Source: Iphione sp. A-MEVVRFRX5 (lineage: Eukaryota). From it: a stretch of DNA of 64,000 bases. A model generated the notes under the pieces. It was given only the letters and a program-made list of their open reading frames with translations, made no database searches and was not told the origin of the DNA. The stretch lies in NCBI GenBank assembly GCA_976226885.1, contig OZ320313.1, positions 118,978,001 through 119,042,000 on the forward strand. The letters are read 5' to 3'. Of this stretch, positions 34,637 through 45,520 are shown one piece after another. Every line of letters starts with the position of its first letter. Positions within the stretch are counted from its first letter, which is position 1. The translations under genes and the position numbers were made by a program.

Positions 34637-34765
34637 TTGAATAGTTTCGGGAAGTTTTCCTGCGTCGCATGATAATCACCACTACTATCACAAATAAGAT
34701 GATGGCGACAACGATACCTCCGATGATAAAGGGTAAGATAGATGTTATTGTGCCACTTGTATTAT
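34637..34765 (-). CDS. Gene B exon: transmembrane helix
   Basis: cttcag|..|gtaagc; ILPFIIGGIVVAIILFVIVVVIIM then RRRK; phase 1 to 1. Confidence 0.87.
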
Positions 34766-35459
34766 CTGAAGAAAATGTTTCATATTTAAATGTTGAGGTG
34801 CACAAGAATAATCAAAGGAAATGCTTTACCCATATATAAAACATGCGATTTCTTTTTACTACAACGACATGACTTGGAAATTTAGAATTTAATGTATTTC
34901 CGAACCCATTTCAGAAGAATAGACGCCGTTCTGACGCGAGTTTTAACAAATGTCATGTTGGTACATCGATAGAAAGGTTGTTTTCTGGCTATGCACATAA
35001 TTAACCGGTGTTCTTGTAAGTTTTCACGGGAGGTCTTACATTATTTACTGATAAAGGGTGAAAACGGAACATTACCATCCTTTCCGTTGCCTTTTCCCGA
35101 CCGTTTCTGTCCTTCAAGATGGATGTAATTGGTTGCAAATTCATCTGCGATGGAATGAACGAAGGGCACAAATTTTAAATGTGTCAAATCAATATTGTCG
35201 ATACTTGCACCACAGTGGATGCCATACAAATACAACTTACTCGAAACCAGGGCTTAACATCGCACGTGTTCGTCATGCCAGTGTACCTGCCAACAATAAC
35301 GACCATTATTCTACAGGCTTTATTCCCTTAGAACAAACTGCCAACGTATCCAATCGTTGTGCTAACTTTACACATCTTCATAGAAATCGTCTACACATTT
35401 CTCAGATTTTCCTGAATCAATACAATACACACATACTTTCTCTCTCTCGTTCGCTCTCC

Positions 35460-35516
<57 letters not shown>

Positions 35517-38500
35517 CTTCTATGTGTCAAGTTGAGGTCACAATCATGTTTGCAGTCGTGTGTAACCGCTGCATAAGTGGTGTGGTCAGTCTCTCTAGCT
35601 GGCCTCATTAGTACAGTCGACTCTCACTCTGCGACCAGCCGCCTGGGGCGACCATGTGCCCAGGGTGACCAGTTTTGCCCAGAACCACATGATTCTCTGT
35701 ATATTTTACTATATGATGGTCTCTACCAGAGGCAACCATTCGTTCAAGGTGACCATTTACCTGGGGAGACAACTATTATCAGTACAGAAATCCAACATGC
35801 CAGCGACCACTCCCCCCTAAACAGAACATTTGAAGGCGTATTCATTGTCACAGGTGTGGGCACAGGTGTTAGCATGACCAGTCCTTCCTAACAGAAGGGT
35901 ATCCCCAGGTGACCACCTAAATCTCTGAATTAAGGGTATTCAGAAGGTATGTTCATGACGTTCAGCATGTTTCGGACCTGTTTTGACTTTTACTCATCAA
36001 ATTCACCATTTTGGGCCTTAAACTCAGTAAATTCAGCACTTTTAGGACTTTATTTTACTTTTACTCGTCAAATTCAATACTGATAGGACATGTATTTACT
36101 TGGTAGAGAGAGAAGGAGAAGGGGAGAATATTTTCAGGCTAGACCTGCCCTAACCTCCAGTGAAATTATCTAAAGAATGGTAACCACTAAATTGATAGCG
36201 AGTGAGGGTGAAGGGGAGTTTATTTCAATGCTTGACCCCCCCCCCCAAAAAAAAAAAAAAAAATATGCCATTAATGACTTTCCATTGACAGTGCCTTCAT
36301 GCAAATGTGGTAGGTATGAAACGCTTGAACATTTAAATTTAAATAAGTTCCATACTTCCATCAATACAACAGATTCTTCTTATAGCAAATAATTTCTATA
36401 CCACAAGTTGATTTACAAAATTTCAGAAACTTTGTAAACCACTGTCTTTCTTCGAAGGATAACAATGCTTTTAGGAACTCTGTGCACTATTTAATGATGC
36501 CTTAATCATTTTACACATAATGTTGCAAATTAGATGGAGACCTTCATGAAAGTCCCCACAGATATACTTCAGATGTGCAGCAACTGTAAAGAGCAATGAA
36601 CTTTTTGTTATATAAATTTTATTATCTGGATATCTATACATATCTATATTACAATATTGTCCCAGTCCTCCAGGGAAGATCTTTTCAATAGGAGCTGTCC
36701 TGGATGGGTTAAAACCTACTGCTGCATATTGTCAATACAGACGTGCCATAAGTCACAAAGTTCTATCATGTACCTCACGTTGACCTATACCGTTAAGCAT
36801 AGACACATAGTGATAACCATAATTCTTCACTGAGCAAAATGCAAGGGCCACAAATGGAGATCTTATAGAAGTGCTTACCTCCAACATTGAGATACGCTCC
36901 AGCAATAACATAGCCATAGTCATTGGAGACGTTACACTGGTAGGAGCCACGGTCTTCATGTGAGACGTCGTTGAGCCACAGCTTGGAGCCATCTTTCCAT
37001 AATTTCATGTGTGGTTTTAACTTTTCTTCTGTTAACAGTTAAAACAGTTTGTTTTCCTAATATTTCTGGCGGGGATTGGATGGTTTTCATATAGGTTATA
37101 TTTTAGCCATAGATACTATATAACACATCCAAGAGAAATCTAAGTAATTCCACTGTAACAGGCGCACAATTATAGTTGTTAAGAATCAGTTATATTAATC
37201 CTTTCCTGACCAACAGCAGGCTTAGTCAAACATGCCACATTAAAAAGGTATTCAATCTCAATCCACAATTGTCTCAGTGGAAATATAGTCACATGACCTC
37301 ACCATTTGTCATTATTTACTCACCTATCCGGTTGATAAATGTTTATATATGGAACTATATGTTATTCTATTAATTCCCCCAAAGTGGTATTTTGGTGGTA
37401 ATAATTCCAAATAATAGCTATCATTCTACCTCATATTCTTATTAGGATATCTTACCTGGCAGCGCCTCGGTGTTTTTAAACCAGGTAACGTTGGGTTTGG
37501 GTTTTCCATCACCCACGCATTCGAACACTATGTTGCTCCCTTTCGAGGTATTCAGACTAACTGGTCCAGTTTGTATCGCAGGAAGAGCTGAGGACAAATC
37601 ACATTGTTTTCGCTTAAAATCACATGCCGGTGCAGCAATAATCAAAATGACCATGCGTAGAGTTCTTGAAATGTATTACCTTCTTACTGGTGTATGAAGG
37701 AGAATACTTAGACCTCTGATACTTCTTGTACATGTTACTTTCTGCTTTTGCGGGGAAAAGGACATTCCAATGTACCTACCATTTACTTTGACTTGTATCC
37801 GCACCTTTTCACTGCTGCCGGCTTTGTTTCTACCGAAACAGCAGTAATATCCCGAATCTTCCATGCGGGCGCTCCGGACGGTCAAAGTGTGGGTGTTGTT
37901 ATCAATAGACACTCTATCTGCCGGCAGATTTTGCTTTTCCCAGTCGACTTCGGGTGTCGGACTAATATAAATTAAAGTCAGTATATTGATATAACAAACT
38001 AAAAATATACATGTGTAAAAGTGGTATTTCATATAAGATGGAAACCGCCATTCGTACTCGTTTGTCGTGTGTGTAACTGAGTATTGGTACACTGCATAAA
38101 ACATATTGGATATTCAAAGAAAAGATTTTCTCTAGAAGTCTATATCACATGGACATAAATTCAATTTGCATTGCACTTACTGCCCACTGAACATGCACTT
38201 CAGGTGGAAGTCCTGCCCTTTGAATACAACTTGAGGACTTCTACTGTGGTACATGAGTGTTGGCACCAGGTTTTGCTTATGGTGATCTAAAATAGTTGAA
38301 AAAACATACTTTAGGGTATTCTATGGCCTTTCATGTAACTGTATTTGGAAACATGTTTCAGTTGCATCCTTGCTGATGCATTGATATCTGGATTGTGTAA
38401 AAGGTGCATTGATAAAGGATACGATGTACAAAACGCGGGGACTTCAATATCATGAAAGTATACTGTGCAGCCGATGCTTTGAGGATGAGCATTAATTTTG

Positions 38501-41500
38501 TTCTTCAGCAATGCGGCAGTTAAAAAAATTAAGAAGAACATACAAAGCATTAACCAACTATCAAGAAAGGTGACACATTAATCGAAAAACACGCGCAGGC
38601 TGCATGCCTTCAGTAGTTACTAGAAATTAGCTGCAGCTGCATACAGGCTTCCAATGAAGAACGATTTTCTGTACCTTTCCATCGATTACCGACCGAATTT
38701 GCTATTGCGACCATTTGAGGTGGGAACCAAAATTCTCTCTATACATAACCTATATGATTGATTATCGATTACCGACCAAATCAAGTTGAGGTTTATTCAT
38801 TGTCTCAGGTGTTGGTAAAGGTGTGAGGGCGACCACTACTCCCTAACAAAGCGTTTAGACGTTTATCATTGTCTCAGATGTTAGAAAAGGTGTGAGGGTG
38901 ACCACTGCTCCCTAAGAAAACGTTTGGAGGTTTATTCATTGTCTCAGATGGTGGTAAAGGTGTGAGGGCGACCACTACTACAAAAAAAAGGGATTGACTG
39001 AGGAAAGGATATTGCAATTTCCGACTAAACTTGCAATTCCGACCATCTGAGCTCGGACTCGACGTCTGGTCCGATATAGAGACTCCACTGTATTTCAAGG
39101 AAACTTGAAAACAGCACAGTTCATGGACACCCAGCCAAAAAATGGCATATTTCAAGAAAACTCGGCCAAAAAGCAGCATTTTTCATGGAAACTCAGCCAA
39201 ATATGACAAAAAACATAAGTAGATGTGTGGCAGTGTGCTACAATGTCTTTTTTTCTGCAGGAAACAATAACAACATTATCTATTTAACCCCACTTTTCTT
39301 ATTCTACTATGGGATTTGTTGCTTGTAAAATTGAACAGTTCCTATTTTTTAAATATTGCCATGCATGGCCACGCACAGACACGAGTACATGTGTTAAGTT
39401 AATGAGAAAAATGCCAAGCTAAGTGCATATATAGTACAGTCGTGAGTGGTACATGCCAATTCAGCTGTGTAAGGGAGACTGTTAAGTTAATGAGGCCATA
39501 AGGTCAACCTGTAGCCCTTGACTAATGGGAATTTCACCTTTAGCTCAGATGGTTAGGTGTGGCCTCTCATGCCAAAGGTCTGGAGTTCAATTCCCCACTG
39601 GTGCTAGCTCTCCAAGACCGGAAAAGTCTTCATAAACTAAAACTGGGTACACTCCTCCTATAAGTCATAGTTCCCCAAAAATAACCACTGAAGCACGCAC
39701 TGACAGCCATAGAGACATGCGTGCATGAAAACCCTGCCTAACGTTAATATTGAAAGCATTAAAAATTTACACCAGCCAGAGCTGTACGACAACAAGTCAT
39801 TACTTACTGTGTTCAACGCTCAAGTTAACACATCCAACGGCATACTTCTCGCTGCTAAGAGATACAAAGCATCTGTACAGCCCAGCATCGGATTCCTCCA
39901 GGTCTGAGAATGCAAGGCTCCCTGACAGGACACCAAAATAAAGATAAGAATCATTCAACACATGCATTACAATAGCATTATACTGCACCAGGGGAAGAAC
40001 AACACCATTACTGTTCCTTAGGTAGAGTGCATTAAAAACCATGAAAAAGACTCACAATCCCCCTTCCTTCTTCCCAATCCCATTCGTGTTACTACTAAAG
40101 TCGTGTTTGAAAGTTTATATATATATAATCGCCTTTCAACCTACCATTCTCATCCCAACTTCTCCGACGATCTTTCCTGATGAGACTACCACTGCGAGCA
40201 CACTTATCACCTAAAATATGAAATACCTGGTTTATTGACGCACTATGATCGAGCGGCTTGCCCTCATGCACAACTTCGTAAAGAAGAGAACACCGAATGA
40301 GCAGATATAGTACACCAGAAAGAGTAACCTGAGACTACACGGATGTGCGGACGTTTTTTACTAGATTGACACGACATATTCAACGTTATGTTTATAGAGT
40401 CGATTCACGGTGTTATGTATGAACTGTAGACGTGTACTTACTCCGGAGCTTCTGCCAGGAAAATTTGAAGTTGCCCACGCCCTGTACTCCGTCACACGGC
40501 AGGGTGATCTTCTTGCCGACTGATCCATTCATCGGTGTAATATGCTTAGTGTGCGGCACCGTGATATTGATATCTGAACACAGAGATATGGTTTTGTAAT
40601 CAGAGGCTAAATCGTGTTTGTGAATAAGCATGACATGGATTCACAGAGTTGGCGGTATTTGTTGGAAAATCAAAGACTTGGCCAATATCCCGAAGTAAAA
40701 TTTATTTTAAAAATGTGACAGGTAACTTACACTCGCGGCGAAGCACGGTAACATTGGACATAGCTCTGCCGCAGCCATTGCTTGCCCAGCACTGGTAGCT
40801 TCCTTCATTTTTGCTGTAGAGCTTGAGGTTACCGTCCTGTATTTCGGTTCCGTTTCCCGCTTTGAACGTTCGGCCGTCTTTCAACCACGTGTATCTACGT
40901 AGGAGGAACGGAGTGCAACATATAGCTGAGCGATGTTCCGTATATTAAAATTCATTTTTGTGAGAATGTGCACGCACGAAGATATTCATTGGCTATGTTC
41001 ACATACACATGGAAATAGATGGTAAACTTCAACAATACGTATAACAACCTATATGTATGCGAACCTTCGGTGCCTTTACAACCACGTGTATAAATGTTGG
41101 TGGTAAGGTAATCAACGTTTGGGGATAAGTGATGCTCTGCAGAGCGATTTGCACAGGTCAAAGTTTCGTGTCCACAGTTATTCATAAGCTATATAAACAG
41201 GCACATATTCATGGAAATCTCGGGTAAAACTGAACTATAAGGAGTATACGCATAAAAAAATTGCTTTTGACATGCCATGTAGAACATGGCAGGTTTACTC
41301 ACGTGATGGGTTCGTCTCCCTCTGCTACGCAGTGTAGTGTCCACCATTTGTTTTCATTTGTCGAGATGTGTGGGGGTGGGCCTGCGACCATTACTGGAGG
41401 CAGGCCTGAGGCTGTCATTTACAAAAAGGCAAGTCGGAAACAATGATTAATAAGCCTGACTGAAAGGTTTCAGCCCGCGGTAAGGTGACCGAGTCGGCAC

Positions 41501-43077
41501 CTTCTAGTCCCACTATGTCTAAATCAACCACTATAAATAGCTGTTTTGGGCCTGAATGTAAATAAGAGCTTTGGCTCTCCCCCCCCCGCGTTTGCCTACA
41601 ACGTCACGAAAGCATATTTTACATACACGTACATAATAAAAATTGAGAAAACTGAAATTGTCATACTCTGCATTCTGTTTGTTGTGATTAACTGAAGCAG
41701 TCCGCTATTATTTTACACAATATCTGTAATATATAAAAGAGAACATCACTTCATCTTCCCTTTAGATGTCATTGCTCGACTTTGAGTTTAGTAGTGTGCC
41801 CTAGTCATGTACCGTTACACTCCTATTAGAGTTTTATATTTATTGTCTTCCTACGGGGACACATGTGTGAACATGTGGTGTTTACCAAGCAATACTTGAG
41901 CATTGCGACAGGGGTCGCGAGTGTAGCGTGCTCGGCGGTATGCTGTTGAATACCCCTAATTAGGCATGTCCTGTACTGCACTGTAAAGGAAACTGCTCTT
42001 GTCTATATTGAGACAACCCGGTTTGACACATTTGGCACATTATTCTAAGGTATGTGACTTTATGTTTTGTGTAATTTATCGTATTTATATGCAATAATAT
42101 ATTTTTGGATCATGTCCGGTTCATATCAGGATTTTTTCTAGGATTTCTAGAATAATTAAGCACGTGCCGCCGGCATGCTTTGACAACGGGTTCTCTACAG
42201 TTTACTTACAGACTTACATTGGCCGGCCTTTTATTATTACCAGCACGAGAAACAGCTTAATTTTGGATGTAATTATGAAATTCTTTTATCTGTGGAATAT
42301 TGAGAACTTAGTTCATTAGCTGCACCATTTTCCTCCGTTTGGGGCCCCTTTGCTTAGTTTGAACAGACAAACAATTATGCATGTACCCTATCCAACTGCA
42401 CCACCACAGCACACTCATTCTTCCATGCCATTATACCTGTGTAGACCGCACTAAAAAAAGAGACATTTTAGTCTGCCAGGGTCGGGTGCCAGCAGCGGTC
42501 CGTCCAGCAAACAAGGAGGGCAGAAATCAATCCTAATCACGTGACGGGGAACGCCAAGGACCGCAGTTCCCGCTCCCAGTGGACGGCGGCGGGGCCACTC
42601 CCTGACTTTGAGTTATAGACTGCGTGCTGATCTATCTTATCATTGAGGGGTCCTGACGATAAAGGACTTATCTGATCACAGGAATTACCACCTGACCTTT
42701 TAAGGTTCCCGTCAGCTAAATATACCGAGGCTTTTTGCTGTCTTCTACCTTCGGAAGTAAAGTCTATTAAACGGTTCCTTCTTCTGCATGCTGATTCTTG
42801 CGCTTTGATTAAATGTAAAAAATGGTGGGTAATAACATACGCATTTCTGTATACGTATACGTGTAATAACTAACTGGTGTTTCATAGTTTATGCTATATA
42901 TATCTGGTTATGTCGATATTTTAAAACAGAGGCACGCAGCCAACACTGTTTCTGTTGGATGGATTAGGACGTCGACGAAGACAGTGAAGATTAAAACTTA
43001 CTGCAATTCTCAGCGATGACCCTCGAGACTGCACAGAAGAGGAACAGCAGGGTAAATACCGTTTCGAACGGTGGCAT
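34637..43077 (-). CDS. Gene B (spliced, 3' end unresolved): type I membrane protein with signal peptide, four L1/neuroglian-like Ig domains (Ig1-4) and TM; no kinase found
   Basis: 11 exons joined by hand with GT-AG boundaries and continuous phase (1360 nt, about 453 aa to the end of the TM exon). Confidence 0.87.
35439..35516. repeat. (CT)n microsatellite, imperfect
   Basis: Direct reading. Confidence 0.95.
36879..37028 (-). CDS. Gene B exon: Ig4b
   Basis: taacag|..|gtaagc; GSKLWLNDVSHEDRGSYQCNVSNDYGYVIAGAYLNVG; phase 1 to 1. Confidence 0.9.
37456..37587 (-). CDS. Gene B exon: Ig4a
   Basis: cctcag|..|gtaaga; LPAIQTGP...GSNIVFECVGDGKPKPNVTWFKN; phase 1 to 1. Confidence 0.9.
37780..37961 (-). 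CDS. Gene B exon: Ig3b
   Basis: tattag|..|gtaggt; PTPEVDWEK...HTLTVRSARMEDSGYYCCFGRN...IQVKVN; phase 2 to 1. Confidence 0.9.
38181..38286 (-). CDS. Gene B exon: Ig3a
   Basis: ttttag|..|gtaagt; LVPTLMYHSRSPQVVFKGQDFHLKCMFSG; phase 1 to 2; not in the ORF track. Confidence 0.87.
38788..38980. repeat. Tandem repeat of about 70 bp, about 2.7 copies
   Basis: GAGGTTTATTCATTGTCTCAG...AAAGGTGTGAGGGCGACCACTACT starts at 38788, 38858 and 38927. Confidence 0.88.
39534..39604 (+). mobile_element. tRNA-like sequence (probable tRNA-derived SINE head or tRNA pseudogene)
   Basis: A box TAGCTCAGATGG, B box GGAGTTCAATTCC, anticodon-like arm TGGC-CTCTCAT-GCCA (CTC); poor acceptor stem. Confidence 0.55.
39808..39921 (-). 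CDS. Gene B exon: Ig2b
   Basis: tgtcag|..|gtaagt; GSLAFSDLEESDAGLYRCFV...VNLSVEH; phase 1 to 1. Confidence 0.9.
40145..40210 (-). CDS. Gene B exon: Ig2 middle (66 nt)
   Basis: ttttag|..|gtaggt; DKCARSGSLIRKDRRRSWDEN; phase 1 to 1; supplies the missing C-D strands before GSLAF. Confidence 0.75.
40442..40573 (-). CDS. Gene B exon: Ig2a
   Basis: gttcag|..|gtaagt; GKKITLPCDGVQGVGNFKFSWQKLR; phase 1 to 1. Confidence 0.87.
40731..40894 (-). CDS. Gene B exon: Ig1b
   Basis: acgtag|..|gtaagt; YTWLKDG...GNLKL...EGSYQCWASNGCGRAMSNVTVLRRE; phase 2 to 1. Confidence 0.9.
41303..41411 (-). CDS. Gene B exon: Ig1a
   Basis: tgacag|..|gtgagt; SGLPPVMVAGPPPHISTNENKWWTLHCVAEGDEPI; phase 1 to 2. Confidence 0.82.
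43002..43077 (-). CDS. Gene B exon: start codon and signal peptide
   Basis: Acceptor ttgcag at 43086-87; MPPFETVFTLLFLFCAVSRVIAENC; donor gtaagt; phase 1 matches the next exon. Confidence 0.75.
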
Positions 43078-45385
43078 ACCATGGCCTGCAAAAATGGAAA
43101 CATGACATGAATTTGTGTCTCTTCAAAGGAAAAATAACAGACATCAGCACTTCATCTTGAAATTGTCATTGTGTTCAACACTGAAACAGTCCGTTCAGTC
43201 AAACGCAAACATCTAGTCCCAGAATAAACGAAGCTTTATATAACATTTGATACAAATATGGTTTCTACTGACTGTAGTGTGCATGAGTTTGTTATTGTGC
43301 AGCAATGCCTCGAGGTTTTTGTATAGGAAATTCCAGACAAACAGCCTGCTTCATCTCCATCCCTTTTATTTTTAACATATCTTACAACAGAGGATAGGGT
43401 TCAAGATCGCCTTACGCCGGATGGGACCTTGGGCAACAACCGCCATAAATAGAAATTTTATTTCGTGCAAGATGCATAGTGAATGCGACTTTTTATACGA
43501 TCCATACGAGTAAATCCACAGGAACTGAAGGAACTCTCTCAAAATGTAAAAGTTAACACAATGTTATTTGCTCGTGTTTGGTGGGCATCATGGAGATGAA
43601 ATACGCTCATGCCATCTTGTCTTGCTTTAAGACGACCGGTGTTGATAGCTTTACACCACGTTCGTAGGGAGCCTCCCAGCTGAATTAGGTGGTTGTTATC
43701 TACCACTCAGGCATGAACGTGTGTGGTGATAACACAAGTCAGTAGGCTGGTGACATTAACGTGTCAACAGATCACACAGTTGTGCCTTGCTTTCTGTATA
43801 CATGTTTTCAATCGAATGGCATATTAAATGTGGAAGTCTTTCCGCTGCACTAAATGTTATTATCCTCATGTACACGATGTTTTATTTCATACGATAAGGG
43901 ATGAAGTATTGCACATATTTTTCTCTATAAGGGAAAGAAACATGAATCGCGCGAAAAAGGATCTATACAATGCAGTTGGTCTCGGTCAACTTTATTTGCA
44001 AAATATACTATCAGAAAAGGAGAGTTCCGGACCAACACGTCAGGTGGGGACTCACTTTTATATTGAAGAATAAGACATCAATCATTTCATCGGGCGGCCT
44101 TGAATTTGAATGCACAGCAACGCCATTATACCTCAGAATAGAACAATTTTGCCACCCTGAAAAGTCAGGACAGGCTATTCGCATAGTCACTGGCCGCAAG
44201 ACTGAATGCACTCTATGTGCGCCCCTTCATTTTGAAACGCTCTCTCTTTACGGTATTGCCACCGCCAAAGTCCCACTCGCCTCCTGCTGGACCAACCCCG
44301 CGCGGCGTCTTCGTAGTGTAAAACTGACACCAATGAAAACCATTTTCGCATACACAAAAACCGCTCTACCCTACGATGGATATGGTGCCCACTTAGATGT
44401 GGCTTTCAGTATAGCACGGTACAGGCCGGGGGTATAGGAATGGACCCTCGGCTCCCCCAGGGCGCAGCTCTCTGAAAACACCGGAACATGCTAAACCTTT
44501 AAAGGGAAACGAAAGAAATCGTTTTTCAGGGGCAGTGAAATGGCAAGGACAAAATCTGCACTGGTGATCTGGCAGGTCTGTGTTAATTCTTGACGTCTTC
44601 TTTCTTCACCTTTCACTTTCGACCGCCTCCACCTGAGAAACCTGAGAAATCACTAGGCCTGAGGTGGCCATATTCTTTTGACACCCTCTCCAACCACTTC
44701 TCCCTTTTCACCAGTGTTCAGTACAATGCTCACTACCCAGTGACCAGAATGAACATGACATATCCAACGACTGCCAAAACAAGATGAATGTAAAGCTACA
44801 TTTTAGTCATTATCTCATATTTCAAAGCATTTCCTACATGAAAACTGTCTCCCATAGAGACAGTACATGTGAATCGATTGTTTTTCACGTTGGGTGAAAT
44901 TGTTCATGATAATATGATGCTTGTGTTCATATTATTTACCAGTGTCTTTGGCCTCTACCAAAGTTCCTGGCACCATAGAGCTTACGCCTTTAGGTCACTG
45001 AGTTCACCACCCCTGCTCCACTGCTGGCTGGGCCCTATGTTTGGTCTAAGTATAACAAACTCCTTCTGTTCAAACTGATGACAAGAGTAATAACCTCTCG
45101 ACACCTAATAAATTGCTAGTGTTTGTTCTTTCTTAGTGACATTCTGAAAATGTTCAGGAAAGACTCGCTGATGTAGGTGTACACATATATCGGAGCAAAA
45201 ATACAGATGCTGAATAGAATGAACCTTTGCACGGCGGAGTGGCACAAGACTGTGAACCTAGCAAATAGATAATAACCAATTTTAAACATACATCATAAAG
45301 ATATGAGCTGAAATTTCGGTTGAAGACCATTTATGTATAACTACCCTTTCAGCGGAAAGAGCAGACACTCTTGAATGGATCTTAC

Positions 45386-45520
45386 CTTTATAAAAGCAGA
45401 CAGTTGTGTCAGAGCCGGCACTTGGGACCACGTTTTAAGCTGCACGAACCGACTACCTGTAGGAGGATCAGCTAACCTTGTGGCTGTCAGTGCCTTTTTA
45501 AATGCACTTCCGCTTCGCAG
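45386..45520 (-). promoter_or_regulatory. Candidate promoter / non-coding first exon of gene B
   Basis: Minus-strand AAAG|GTAAGA donor at 45385 and an ETS-like GCGGAAGTG at about 45505-45513; gene B's start exon has an acceptor, so an upstream exon must exist. Confidence 0.3.

Noticed and set aside
35058-35576. 172-aa ORF with SLSLSL tract (also the ERERER/SLSLSL ORFs at 3197-3532, 23370-23738 and 48282-48630)
   Set aside because: Stop-free frames produced by (AG)/(CT) microsatellites and minisatellites
39534-39604. Functional tRNA-Glu gene
   Set aside because: Acceptor stem and D arm pair poorly; better explained as a SINE head or pseudogene
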